64,000 bases of DNA from Dehalococcoidia bacterium (GTDB lineage: Bacteria; Chloroflexota; Dehalococcoidia; Lucifugimonadales; UBA3495): contig CBDBHA010000002.1 of the NCBI GenBank assembly GCA_965205495.1, positions 2,827,295 through 2,891,294 on the forward strand, given 5' to 3'. This document shows, piece by piece, positions 1 through 9,421 of this stretch (position 1 is its first letter; each line of letters opens with the position of its first letter). The notes under the pieces are model-generated. The model was given only the letters and a program-made list of their open reading frames with translations. It was not told the DNA's origin and ran no database searches. Position numbers and translations under genes: made by a program.

Positions 1-1028
1 ACGACCCAGAGCGTATCTATTTTTGGGAGAACACCAGCATCGGCAAAATGCTGTTGATATGCCGCCGCTGGCCTTCCGGTAAACCGCACAAACCTCCGAC
101 GCGAGTAGTTAATCTGGCAAGAAATCCTGCTACACCGGCCGAGGCGTTTACGGTGGCTGGGGCCATTGAGAGCAACAACGTCGAACCCCAGGCTTATGGT
201 ACGGTGCAAAATTGGCCGGAGTCCAAAATCTCCGCCGGAGATTGGGGGGCGGTTCAGTTTTTGTCGCCATACTTGTGCGAGAAATTTGCCGAATTGGGAG
301 ACGGCGTATGTTTCTGCTCGGTCGCATTGGGCAAGATCTCTGCCATAGGGCCGGAAGGTCGACGAATTCGCGACGCTTTCAAAAAATCTGCTATGCCGGA
401 TGGGCAAGGTATGGTCGCGTTGTGGGACCACAATACCGAGGTTACTCAAGGGATGGCTGCGAAACCCGACACCCATATCATTGCTAAACCCGCGAAAAAC
501 CACTTGGCGGAAAGTTACTGGCAGCAACGAAGCAATCTATTGCTGCCACACAGAATGCGTCTCAATACAGTTAGAACTATGAGCGTTAGACTAGAAACGC
601 TTGCGTTGGGATCGTCATGGACGCAATGCAACTTCAAAGTGCCGGAGCCTGATAAGGATCACTTGGAGAAGTCGCTTTGCGTCTATTTGAACTCATCTGT
701 CGGTGTTCTCGCAATGTTGGGCAGTCGCTCCAACAGGGTGCCATCATACCCTCGGTTCTCCTTGGACGACCTGCGCAATCTGCCCGTCCCTGACTTTACC
801 GCCATCGGCGAGGCCGCGGTCGCGCAATTGGCGGCGGCTTACGAAAAATACGCTGAGTCCATCTTGCTGCCCCTGCCGCAGATGAACGACTGCCCCATCC
901 GAAAAGCCCTCGACGACGCGGTATGCGCCGCCCTGGGGATAGACCCAGAAACCGTAGCCACCATCCGCCGTCAACTGTCTATGGAACCCTCGGTAACCGG
1001 AAAGCGGTACACTGGCCGCCCATCTTAA
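1..1028 (+). CDS. Partial (5' end outside window) restriction-modification-type protein, C-terminal target-recognition-like region
   Basis: Frame 3 is open from nt 3, so the gene probably starts upstream of the window. The stretch KSLCVYLNSSVGVLAMLG...LRNLPVPDF resembles the target-recognition modules of type I S / type IIG enzymes. GC is visibly lower than in neighbouring genes. Family assignment is from memory only. Confidence 0.35.
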   Translation, partial: DPERIYFWENTSIGKMLLICRRWPSGKPHKPPTRVVNLARNPATPAEAFTVAGAIESNNVEPQAYGTVQNWPESKISAGDWGAVQFLSPYLCEKFAELGDGVCFCSVALGKISAIGPEGRRIRDAFKKSAMPDGQGMVALWDHNTEVTQGMAAKPDTHIIAKPAKNHLAESYWQQRSNLLLPHRMRLNTVRTMSVRLETLALGSSWTQCNFKVPEPDKDHLEKSLCVYLNSSVGVLAMLGSRSNRVPSYPRFSLDDLRNLPVPDFTAIGEAAVAQLAAAYEKYAESILLPLPQMNDCPIRKALDDAVCAALGIDPETVATIRRQLSMEPSVTGKRYTGRPS

Positions 1029-1064
1029 CCACCCAACCCGAAACCCAAAACAACGGAGGCGCCC

Positions 1065-1547
1065 ATGCCAACCTACGTCAACCCCAACGCCTGCAACGCC
1101 TGCGCCGGAGAGCACCTGGGGCCCCTGTGCGTCTACATCTGCCCCAACGACCTCATGGTTCTCGACGCCGACAAAGGCTTCAACCAAGAGCCCGACCTCT
1201 GCTCCGAGTGCTACGCCTGCGTCAAGCTCTGCCCCCACGAGGCCATCCACGTCCGCGGCTACGCCGACTTCGTGCCCCTCGGCGCCGAGGTCCAGCCCCA
1301 TAGACAAGGAGGAACTACCGGCGGAGTGCCACCCTTCGACATTCAGGGGTTGACTTGGACCGTCCGGTTCCGCGACGGCCGTGAGTTGCAGTTCACCTAC
1401 CCCTCCAGGACCAAGCCCGCGGGCGCAGTCGTTCCCCACCAGGGCTTCACCGAAGACCCGGTGGCCGACCTGAAGGGCCAGGGCCTCGCCGGCGAGTCCC
1501 TATGGCTGGGCGTCCCCCAACTCCCCACCCTGAAGGCCAGCAAGTAG
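1065..1547 (+). CDS. aprB: Adenylylsulfate (APS) reductase beta subunit
   Basis: Two ferredoxin-type Cys clusters (CNACAGE..C.YICP and CSECYACVKLCP) and a W-T-V-R-F-R-D-G...FTYPSRT tail typical of AprB. GGAGG sits 8 nt upstream of the ATG. aprA lies downstream. Confidence 0.9.
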   Translation: MPTYVNPNACNACAGEHLGPLCVYICPNDLMVLDADKGFNQEPDLCSECYACVKLCPHEAIHVRGYADFVPLGAEVQPHRQGGTTGGVPPFDIQGLTWTVRFRDGRELQFTYPSRTKPAGAVVPHQGFTEDPVADLKGQGLAGESLWLGVPQLPTLKASK

Positions 1548-1579
1548 ACCCAAACGAAGCACTGGTGGAGGTGTCCAAA

Positions 1580-2164
1580 ATGGTTTCCTTACCATCGTCC
1601 CGCAGTGATGACCACTCTAATTGGGTAAGAGAAATGAAGGGCTGGCTGGACCAGTTCCACCCGGACAACGGCTATCCAAAGAAAGCGGTTAGCCTTGTCA
1701 TACCTAAAGAGAAGTTGATTGTCCAGTATGAGCCTGAAGGCGGAATGCCCAACATTGGGGAAATGCGCCGTAGGGTTGCAGAGATGGCTTTTGTCTCCGG
1801 GACCGGCATGGTCATAGCCGGCGGCGTCGCAATGATTATTGGGCGTACCTTACTCGGCGGTGTTGCCGGGCGCATTGGCGTCGCCGGAGCTTTTGGAGCC
1901 GTTGGGCTGGCGCCTCTGTTGCCGGTCGTGATGATAGGGGGCGCCGTGGCCGGCGTTGGATACACGGCATACAAACTGGGCAAAAACCGTTCGGAAAACC
2001 AACGATCCCAAGCCTTTGGCCAGGAATTGTCCGAGCACTTGAGATTGTTCTATCCCAGTGTCCCAGCACCAATAATCATGACGATAGTTGCCTCGGAAGA
2101 CCGCAAGATTACCATTATTTACGACCCGGACTTGGAACCAGAACAACATTCACCACAGCCGTGA
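1580..2164 (+). CDS. Hypothetical Gly-zipper membrane protein inserted between aprB and aprA
   Basis: ATG 1580 is preceded by GGTGGAGG. The 194-aa product has a hydrophobic core, GTGMVIAGGVAMIIGRTLLGGVAGRIGVAGAFGAVGLAPLLPVVMIGGAVAGVGY. GC is visibly lower than in the apr genes. I recognise no family. Confidence 0.55.
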   Translation: MVSLPSSRSDDHSNWVREMKGWLDQFHPDNGYPKKAVSLVIPKEKLIVQYEPEGGMPNIGEMRRRVAEMAFVSGTGMVIAGGVAMIIGRTLLGGVAGRIGVAGAFGAVGLAPLLPVVMIGGAVAGVGYTAYKLGKNRSENQRSQAFGQELSEHLRLFYPSVPAPIIMTIVASEDRKITIIYDPDLEPEQHSPQP

Positions 2165-2246
2165 CCCGGAATTGCGCCAAGCTGTCGAACCTTTCTTCAG
2201 CAAAATTGGGATAACTATCTATAAGGAACTAGGAAGGAACCTGATA

Positions 2247-4106
2247 ATGTCTTTACCTACCACCGAAACCGTTGAATGTGACATCCTGGTCGTTGGCGGC
2301 GGGATGTCCGGCTGCGGGGCCGCCTTTGAAGCCAGCTTCTGGGGCCAGGGCCTCCGCATCGTTATCGCCGAAAAGGCCGTCATCGAGCGCAGCGGCGCCA
2401 CCGGCGAGGGCCTGTCCGCCATCAACTGCTACATGGGCCAGCGTTACGGCTGGAACACCCCCGAGGACTTCGTCCGCTATGTGGTCAACGACATGATGGG
2501 CCTGGCCCGGGAAGACCTGGTCTACGACGTAGGCCGCCACGTCGACTCTTCCGTCCACCTGCTGGAAGAATGGGGCCTCCCCATCTGGAAGAAGGACAAC
2601 GGCGAGTACGAACGCATCGGCCGCTGGCAGATTCCCATCCACGGCGAGTCCATCAAGCCCGTCACCGCCGAGCCCGCCCGCACCGCCGTCGGCGTTGAGA
2701 ACATCTACGAGCGCGTGGCCGTCACCCACCTACTCGCCGACGAGAACGATCCCAACCGCATCGCCGGCGCCATCGGCTTTGCCGTCCGCGAAAACAAGTT
2801 CTACGTCTTCAAGGCCCGTGCCGTCATCATCACCTCCGGCGGCGCTTCCAACGTCTTCCGGCCCCGCTCCGTCAACGAGGGCCTGGGCCGCACCTGGTAC
2901 TCCGTCTTCGCCACCGGCTCCGCCTACGGCCTGATGATTCCCGCCGGTGTCGAAATGACCCAGATGGAACACCGCTTCGTCCCCACCCGCTTCAAGGACG
3001 GCTACGGACCCGTGGGCATGTGGTTCCAATACTTCCACGCCCGGGTCACCAACGCCCTGGGCGAGGACTACACCGTCACCCGCGACGACGAACTCCGCAA
3101 ATACGAGCCCTACGGCTCCGCCATCCCAACCCCCACCCCTCTCCGCAACCACCAGATGTTCCTCGACATCCAGGCCGGCCTGGGCCCCATGTACATGCGT
3201 ACCGAGGAAGCCATGCAGAAGCTGGCCGGGGGCGACCCGGCCAAGATGGACCAGGTCCGCAACGAGGCCTGGGAAGACTTCCTGGACATGACCATCGCCC
3301 AGGCCCTTACCTGGGCCTCCCAGAACATCTCCCCCGAAGTCACTCCCTCCGAGGTGGTCTTGGCCGAGCCCTACATCATGGGCTCCCACTCCGGCGAAGC
3401 CGGCGCCTGGGTCAGCGGCCCCGAAGACCTGTCGCCTCCCGAGTATTTCTGGGGCTACAACAAGATGACCACCATTCGCGGCCTTTTCGCCGCCGGTGAC
3501 GGCGTCGGCGCGGCCCCTCACAAGTTCTCCTCCGGTTCCTTCACCGAAGGACGCCTAGCCGCCAAGTCCGCCGTCAATTTCCTCACCGACAACTCCGACC
3601 GGCCCACGGTCGGCAACTCCACGGTCCAACAGTATCAGGAGACCATCTGGGCCCCCCTGGAGACTTTTGAAAAACACCGGGGCGCGTCCAGCTCCCCTGA
3701 AATCAACCCCAACTACATCACCCCCAAGCAAGGGCTGGTCCGCCTCCAGAAAATCATGGACGAGTACGCCGGCGGCACCTCCGCCTGGTACACCACCAAC
3801 GGCCCCACCCTGGAACGGGGCATAACTTTGATCGAGATGCTCCGCGCCGACCTCCAACACCTGGCAGCCCGCAACCGCCACGAACTGCTCCGCTGCTGGG
3901 AACTGGTCCACCGCACCTGGGTCGGCGAGGCCCACATGCGCCACATGCTCTACCGCCAGGAGACCCGCTGGCCGGGCTACTACTACCGCGCCGACTACCC
4001 CAACCTGGACGACAACAACTGGCGCGTCTTCGTAAACTCCCAATACAACGCCGCCAACGACTCCTGGGACCTGAAAACCCGCCCCTACATAAACCTGGTC
4101 AAATAA
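2247..4106 (+). CDS. aprA: Adenylylsulfate (APS) reductase alpha subunit (FAD flavoprotein)
   Basis: ATG 2247 follows AGGAAGGAA. Motifs DILVVGGGMSGCGAAFEA, MMGLAREDLV, WQIPIHGESIKP, MTQMEHRFVPTRFKDGYGPVG, EPYIMGSHSGEAG and PHKFSSGSFTEGR match AprA as I remember it. Confidence 0.95.
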   Translation: MSLPTTETVECDILVVGGGMSGCGAAFEASFWGQGLRIVIAEKAVIERSGATGEGLSAINCYMGQRYGWNTPEDFVRYVVNDMMGLAREDLVYDVGRHVDSSVHLLEEWGLPIWKKDNGEYERIGRWQIPIHGESIKPVTAEPARTAVGVENIYERVAVTHLLADENDPNRIAGAIGFAVRENKFYVFKARAVIITSGGASNVFRPRSVNEGLGRTWYSVFATGSAYGLMIPAGVEMTQMEHRFVPTRFKDGYGPVGMWFQYFHARVTNALGEDYTVTRDDELRKYEPYGSAIPTPTPLRNHQMFLDIQAGLGPMYMRTEEAMQKLAGGDPAKMDQVRNEAWEDFLDMTIAQALTWASQNISPEVTPSEVVLAEPYIMGSHSGEAGAWVSGPEDLSPPEYFWGYNKMTTIRGLFAAGDGVGAAPHKFSSGSFTEGRLAAKSAVNFLTDNSDRPTVGNSTVQQYQETIWAPLETFEKHRGASSSPEINPNYITPKQGLVRLQKIMDEYAGGTSAWYTTNGPTLERGITLIEMLRADLQHLAARNRHELLRCWELVHRTWVGEAHMRHMLYRQETRWPGYYYRADYPNLDDNNWRVFVNSQYNAANDSWDLKTRPYINLVK

Positions 4107-4271
4107 CCCCAACCCACCAACAGGGGGCGCCCCAACAACCGCGCGCCCCCCCAATCCCAACCCAAAAAAGTTTTGCGCAGCTTTTCCAAAAGCGGGCCCC
4201 CCGGTCCCAAACCTCTGGTGTATAATAACCCCACTCCCATTCACTTCCCCATCGCCCCCACGAGGCTTGCC

Positions 4272-5003
4272 ATGACCAGCAGACCGGCCCCAAGGAAGCC
4301 GTCCGATGCACCCGTCGGCCGGTTCAAGCCGCATCCCAGAACGCCGGTTGACTTGGGCGACGGCAAGTTTCCGGAGTTCCCCCCCAGGGGCGATATGCAG
4401 AACCCAATCTATCTACACCTTCCCGGACACCTGGCGGCCCTCAGCCTCCACTTCGGTTCGGGCGAGACCACCCTGGTCCTGGGCGAGGTCCCCGTGGGCT
4501 TGGACCTGCGCCAACGGCGGGGCCTGCGGGTGCCAGACCTGATTGTTGCTTTCGACGTGGACCCCGCCAGGATTATCGCCAACCGGGGCTATTCCATTGA
4601 GCGGGAAGGTAAATCCCCGGACTTCGTCCTGGAAATAGCGTCCGAGAACACCGCCGAGAACGACGTTACCGGTAAGCCGTGGAACTACGCCGCCTTCGGC
4701 ATCCCCGAGTACTGGCGGTTCGACCCTACTGGAGGGGACTTGTACGGCGTGCCCCTGGCCGGCGACTCGCTTTCCGAAGACGCCTACCAACCCATCGAGA
4801 TAATCACGGTGGACGAAACCCACCACTGGGGCCGCAGCGCCGTGCTGGGGTTGGACCTGTGCTGGGAAGAGGGGCAACTGCGTTGGTACGACCCGTCGGC
4901 GGGCCAGTACTTACGGACCTTCAACGAAACCGACGACGCGCGAATCACCGCCGAGGAACGGGTCCGCCAACTGGAAGCCGAAATCAGACGTCTCCAAGGT
5001 TAG
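4272..5003 (+). CDS. Uma2-family (DUF820) putative endonuclease
   Basis: PDLIVAF..., SPDFVLEIASENT, Y..FGIPEYWRFDP and a coiled C-terminus are typical of Uma2. I prefer the internal ATG 4272 over the track start at 4173. Confidence 0.75.
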   Translation: MTSRPAPRKPSDAPVGRFKPHPRTPVDLGDGKFPEFPPRGDMQNPIYLHLPGHLAALSLHFGSGETTLVLGEVPVGLDLRQRRGLRVPDLIVAFDVDPARIIANRGYSIEREGKSPDFVLEIASENTAENDVTGKPWNYAAFGIPEYWRFDPTGGDLYGVPLAGDSLSEDAYQPIEIITVDETHHWGRSAVLGLDLCWEEGQLRWYDPSAGQYLRTFNETDDARITAEERVRQLEAEIRRLQG

Positions 5004-5046
5004 CCGGGATTCCTCACTCGACAACCCGGTAGCTCCGAAACCCCTC

Positions 5047-6342
5047 TTGACATCTACCGCTCCCGAAAATCCGCCGGTTCCCGGGGAAGAAAAACCCACG
5101 GGTGAAAAATCCCAGCGGGCCTACCGCGAAACTAGGTCCTTCGTCTCCCTCCGCGACTACCCCAACCACCGCTACCTCTTTGCTGGCAACCTCTTCGCCA
5201 ACGCCGCCCAATGGCTCCAGTTCATCACCATCGGCTGGCTGGCCCTCGACGTCACCGGTTCCCCCTTCCACTCCATCATGGCCGTGGCCGTCCGCGCCCT
5301 GCCAACCCTGTTCCTCGGACCCTGGGGCGGCGTCCTGGCCGACCGCTGGGACCGCCGCCGTTTGGCCATGGGAGCCCAACTTGGCCTCGCCGCCGCCGCC
5401 TTCGGCTTCGCCTGGCTGGTCGCCACCGGTCAGGTCGATTCCCCAGTATACGTCTACGCCTACACCCTGGTCTCCGGCATCGGGTTCGCCATCGTCCAAC
5501 CCGTCCGGCAGGCCCTCATCGCCAACACCGTCCGTCCCGAACACATGGGCAATGCCTTCGCCGTCAGCGCCCTGGCCGTCACCTCCATGCGGCTGGTGGG
5601 CGCCGGGACCGGCGGGATCCTCATCGAGACCCTCGGCTTCCAATGGAATTTCTTCGTCGAGGCCGCCCTATTTACCCTGATGGTCCTTCTGCTCATCCCC
5701 ATGAAGACCCCTTACCAGGAACCCAGCACCGCCCGCCAACACTCTCCTTTGGTCAACCTCCGCGACGGCCTCGCCTTCATCTTAGGCAACCGCCTGATGC
5801 TGCGGCTGATGCTCCTCAACTTCGTCCGCACTGGCATTTTCTCTCCCCTGCTGCTCCTTCTCCCCTCCTATGCCTCCCAAGCCCTCAACGCCGGCGCGGG
5901 AGTGGGGGCCGCCATGATAGTCAGCATGGGCATCGGCGGCGTCACCGCCACCTGCATCATGTCCGCCTGGGGATTCCTCACCCGAAAGGGACTGATGGTG
6001 TTGTTAACCTTAATCTCCGGGTCCACTGTTATGGCCGTCTTGGGGTTCTCCCAATGGATTTGGCTGTCGGTGCCCGTCATGGTGGTCATGGGCCTCTCCC
6101 AAAGCCACTTCATTGTCGCCAACCAGACCCTGGTCCAAAGTTTGGTCCCCGATACTCTGCGGGGCCGGGTGACCAGCGTCTGGAGCTACGAGCAGGGCCT
6201 GATTCCCCTGTTCTCCGGCGCCATCGGCCTGCTGGCTACCGTTATCGGCATTTCCTGGTCCATGGTCTGCTTCGGCCTGGGCGCCGTCGCCCTCAGCGTC
6301 TTCTTCCTGCTCACCTTCAAGGACATCCGCGCCCTGGAATAA
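5047..6342 (+). CDS. MFS transporter (EntS/MFS_3-like)
   Basis: Multi-TM hydrophobic profile, LADRWDRRR in loop 2-3 and an EntS-like N-terminus. The TTG start comes from the track and is uncertain. Confidence 0.8.
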   Translation: MTSTAPENPPVPGEEKPTGEKSQRAYRETRSFVSLRDYPNHRYLFAGNLFANAAQWLQFITIGWLALDVTGSPFHSIMAVAVRALPTLFLGPWGGVLADRWDRRRLAMGAQLGLAAAAFGFAWLVATGQVDSPVYVYAYTLVSGIGFAIVQPVRQALIANTVRPEHMGNAFAVSALAVTSMRLVGAGTGGILIETLGFQWNFFVEAALFTLMVLLLIPMKTPYQEPSTARQHSPLVNLRDGLAFILGNRLMLRLMLLNFVRTGIFSPLLLLLPSYASQALNAGAGVGAAMIVSMGIGGVTATCIMSAWGFLTRKGLMVLLTLISGSTVMAVLGFSQWIWLSVPVMVVMGLSQSHFIVANQTLVQSLVPDTLRGRVTSVWSYEQGLIPLFSGAIGLLATVIGISWSMVCFGLGAVALSVFFLLTFKDIRALE

Positions 6343-6468
6343 TCCCCCAAACCCGCCTGCCAACCGGTCAAGAAATCAATTATTCATCGGCAACTCGTCC
6401 AAATATCATCCGCAGCCCTTCAAAACAATATCAATTCCAACCCCATCCAACCACGAAAAAAAACCTGC

Positions 6469-6477
6469 TGGTATAAT
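6469..6477 (+). promoter_or_regulatory. Candidate extended -10 promoter (TGGTATAAT)
   Basis: TG-n-TATAAT lies about 108 nt upstream of ATG 6585. There is no convincing -35. Confidence 0.3.
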
Positions 6478-6584
6478 CCCCCCATCATCCGCCAAAACGA
6501 TATCCCCCCAACCCAGGGGGTCGGGGGGATTGCCCCCCTTAAGAGGCGGCGGGGGGATTCCCCCCTTGAAAAGGAGCAGCAACC

Positions 6585-7510
6585 ATGAAAGTCGGATTCG
6601 TCGGCCTGGGCAACATGGGCAACCCCATGGCCACCAACTTGCTTAAAGCCGGTCACCAACTCACCGTCCACGACCTCCGGCGCGACCCTTCCTTGATGAC
6701 CCAGGGGCAGTCCAGGCCGCCACCAACCTCCTCGAAATGGGCGCCAACTGGGCCGACGTTCCCAAGGACGTGGTTCCCGGCAACGACGTGGTCTTTACCT
6801 CCCTTCCGGTGCCCCGCGACGTCCAAGCCGTGGTCCTGGGCGACAACGGCATCTTGGAAGGTTCCGACACATCCACCGTCTACATGGACCTCTCCACCAA
6901 CTCCCCCACCATCATCCGCCAGATTCACGACACCCTGGCCGAAAAGGGCGTAACCGTCCTGGACGCTCCCGTCTCCGGCGGCGTCTACGGCGCGGCCGCG
7001 GGCACCCTGGCCGTCATGGTGGGCGGCGACAAGGCAGTCTTTGACCGAATGAAGCCCACCCTCGACGCCATTGGCAGCCACGTTGTCTACTGCGGCCCCA
7101 TCGGCAACGGCATGGTCTGTAAAATCTGCAACAACCTGCTCAGCATGGGCATTGGCGTCCTGATGACCGAGGCCCTGACCCTGGGCGTCAAGGCCGGCGT
7201 CGACCTGGCAACCCTGGCCGACGTCATCGCCAACAGCTCCGGCGGCAACCGCCGCCTGGTCGAAAAGTTCCCCCGCTACCTCTTCCAGGGCAACTTTGAG
7301 CCCGGCTTTGCCACCGCCCTGGCCGCCAAGGACGTCCGCTTGGCCACCGACCTAGGCCGCGAATACGGCATCCCCATGGAACTCTCCAACCTGGTCGACC
7401 AGCGCCACGTCGAGGCCATGTTCCGCGGCTTAGGCCCCGAGGACTCCGACGCTGTCTCTAAAATCCAAGAAGAAAAAGCCGGCATTCAACTAAGGCTTCC
7501 CAACGTTTGA
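6585..7510 (+). pseudogene. 3-hydroxyisobutyrate/6-phosphogluconate-type NAD(P) dehydrogenase, frameshifted
   Basis: The Rossmann N-terminus MKVGFVGLGNMGNPMA is in frame 0. The remaining ~270 aa (VFTSLP, LDAPVSGG, ...) are in frame 2. Joining them needs a 1-nt shift between about 6686 and 6712. An intact paralogue lies at 20839-21777. Confidence 0.75.
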
Positions 7511-7532
7511 GCAATTGCCAATGACACCCATC

Positions 7533-7557
7533 GGGGCTGCTTGCTGCCCCTAATTTT
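7533..7557 (+). terminator. Candidate rho-independent terminator
   Basis: GGGGCTGC-TTGC-TGCCCC hairpin followed by TAATTTT, 23 nt after the stop at 7510. Confidence 0.45.
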
Positions 7558-7730
7558 CACCGTTGAGACACCTAACCTAAAATTACTCCCTAACGAACCA
7601 GCGGAAATGAGACCAGACGTTTTTCGTTGGAGCGTAACACGGGCTTTTGGGGGATTGGGGCTCTGGAGTTCTGTTTGGCTGTTTGGTAACATCGCGTCCT
7701 AACGACAGCGTAGGAAAGGCTGAGTAAATC

Positions 7731-8138
7731 ATGGCCCAACAATCCCCCATGGAACCCTTCGACCATCCCGACGAAGCGGTGGCGGACTACCGCCAGCAGG
7801 CCCGTCAGTTCTTGTCCAAGAGCCGCCAATACCTCGTTGACGACGACCTGCACCAGGCGGCGGAAAAAGGCTGGGGGGCCGCTGCGTGGATGGCGAAAGC
7901 TGTCGCCGAAAACCAGGGCTGGGATTACCGCACCCACGACCGGTTCCGTCAAGTCTTGTATCAGGCGCAACGAGTGTCCGGCGATGCCCGTCTCACCTAC
8001 TTGCCGGCCGTCGCCAACGAGTTGCACGGGTTTTTCTATACCCGCAAACGGTTCCTGAATCCCGATGCCATTGGCCGGCATTTGGACTTGATCGCCACAC
8101 TGCTAGATATCCTCGAACCCCTGACCGAACCTGCCTGA
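7731..8138 (+). CDS. PaREP1-like / HEPN-superfamily helical protein
   Basis: The pattern QAAEKGWGAAAWMAKAVA...H..F...ANELHGFFY matches the PaREP1 signature (SEK.WGAAA..KA.A ... LH.NFYE) as I remember it. Confidence 0.55.
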   Translation: MAQQSPMEPFDHPDEAVADYRQQARQFLSKSRQYLVDDDLHQAAEKGWGAAAWMAKAVAENQGWDYRTHDRFRQVLYQAQRVSGDARLTYLPAVANELHGFFYTRKRFLNPDAIGRHLDLIATLLDILEPLTEPA

Positions 8139-8201
8139 TTGAGCAATCCTGCGCCCAATCAATACCCAGGCCAGCAACGTCCAACACGGAGAGAGACACC
8201 C

Positions 8202-9236
8202 ATGTCCACCAGCCCCATCCGCTCCAACATCGTCGAGACCAGCGACACCATCGAGGCAATCGAAGAATGCTACGCCCTGGGCTGGAGCGACGGCCTCCCC
8301 GTGGTTCCGCCCGAGGAGTACAAGGTCCGCCAAATGCTGGCCTATTCCGGCATGACCGGCGAGGAGGAACTCCTCTCCCTGGACATGCGCCGCCGCGTGC
8401 TCACCTCTGAAAACGCCGCCGCCAACGCCGTCATGGCCGGCTGCCTTCCCGAGTATTTCCCGGTCCTCGCCACCACCCTCCGCGCCCTGGACGAGGAAAA
8501 GAACTTCGTCCACATGGCCGCCGCCTCCACCAGCTCCCCCAGCATCCTGATGATCGTCAACGGCCCCATCCGCCACCAAATCGGCATCAACTCCAAGGAC
8601 GGCCTCTTCGGGCCCGGCTTCCGCGCCAATTCCTGCCTGGGCCGCGCCGTCCGTCTCTGCTTCATGAACGGCTTCGATGCCTGGCCCGGCACCCTGGACC
8701 GGGGCACTCTGGGCAACCCCACCAAGTACACCTTCTGCATCGGCGACAACGAAGAGGACTCCCCCTGGGGGCCCCTCCACGTTAGCCGAGGCTTCCAGGC
8801 CGAAGATAGTTGCGTCACCACTGCCGTGGCCTATAACGCCATCACCGTCAACAACCGCTACAGCAGCTCCGGCCGCGACATCCTGCTGTCCCTAGCCGAC
8901 ACCATCAAGTCCACTGCCCTCTCTCACCGCTTCCCCGCCGAATGGGTGGTAGTCTTCGGCCCCGAACACGCCATCGCCCTCCAGCAGGACGGTTGGTCCC
9001 GCCGCGGCATCCAGGAATTCCTCATCGAGAACACCGCCCGCTCCCGCTCCGAACTAATCAGGTTGGGCGCCAAAATGGGCCCCGAACACCCCGGCGACGA
9101 TCAGCTTATGCTCCGTTGCGCCAACGAACCCGAGGAAATCCTGATAACCCTGGGCGGAGGCACCGGCGGCCGCTACAGCGCCATCATCGACACCACCGGC
9201 TTCAAAATCCGCACCCGCAAAATAGACTTCCCCTAA
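8202..9236 (+). CDS. Conserved hypothetical protein (family not recognised)
   Basis: ATG 8202 follows GGAGAGAGA. The 344-aa product has protein-like composition and conserved-looking blocks GWSDGLPVVPP, NAVMAGC and GPGFRAN. Confidence 0.6.
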   Translation: MSTSPIRSNIVETSDTIEAIEECYALGWSDGLPVVPPEEYKVRQMLAYSGMTGEEELLSLDMRRRVLTSENAAANAVMAGCLPEYFPVLATTLRALDEEKNFVHMAAASTSSPSILMIVNGPIRHQIGINSKDGLFGPGFRANSCLGRAVRLCFMNGFDAWPGTLDRGTLGNPTKYTFCIGDNEEDSPWGPLHVSRGFQAEDSCVTTAVAYNAITVNNRYSSSGRDILLSLADTIKSTALSHRFPAEWVVVFGPEHAIALQQDGWSRRGIQEFLIENTARSRSELIRLGAKMGPEHPGDDQLMLRCANEPEEILITLGGGTGGRYSAIIDTTGFKIRTRKIDFP

Positions 9237-9421
9237 CCCGACAACCCCCACCGGCAGGGCAATCGCGTCATGAAGCCCTGAGGTTCATTCACCCGTCATT
9301 CCCGCGCACACCCGTCGTTCCCGCGTAGGCGGGAATCCAGAAGTCGCTGACAAGGACGGATTTGCCGATCCAAAACAGTGTGCATTGCCTGAGCCCACCG
9401 CAGGGTCACCCCGAGCCCCTT

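Noticed and set aside
1502-1579. Track start at 1502 for the inter-apr ORF, overlapping the aprB 3' end. The same issue applies to the long N-terminal extensions of 4173, 8139, 13825, 20805, 34722 and 52200.
   Set aside because: In each case an internal ATG with a clear Shine-Dalgarno gives a product that starts where the family homology or the signal peptide starts. The upstream extensions run through other genes or repeats.
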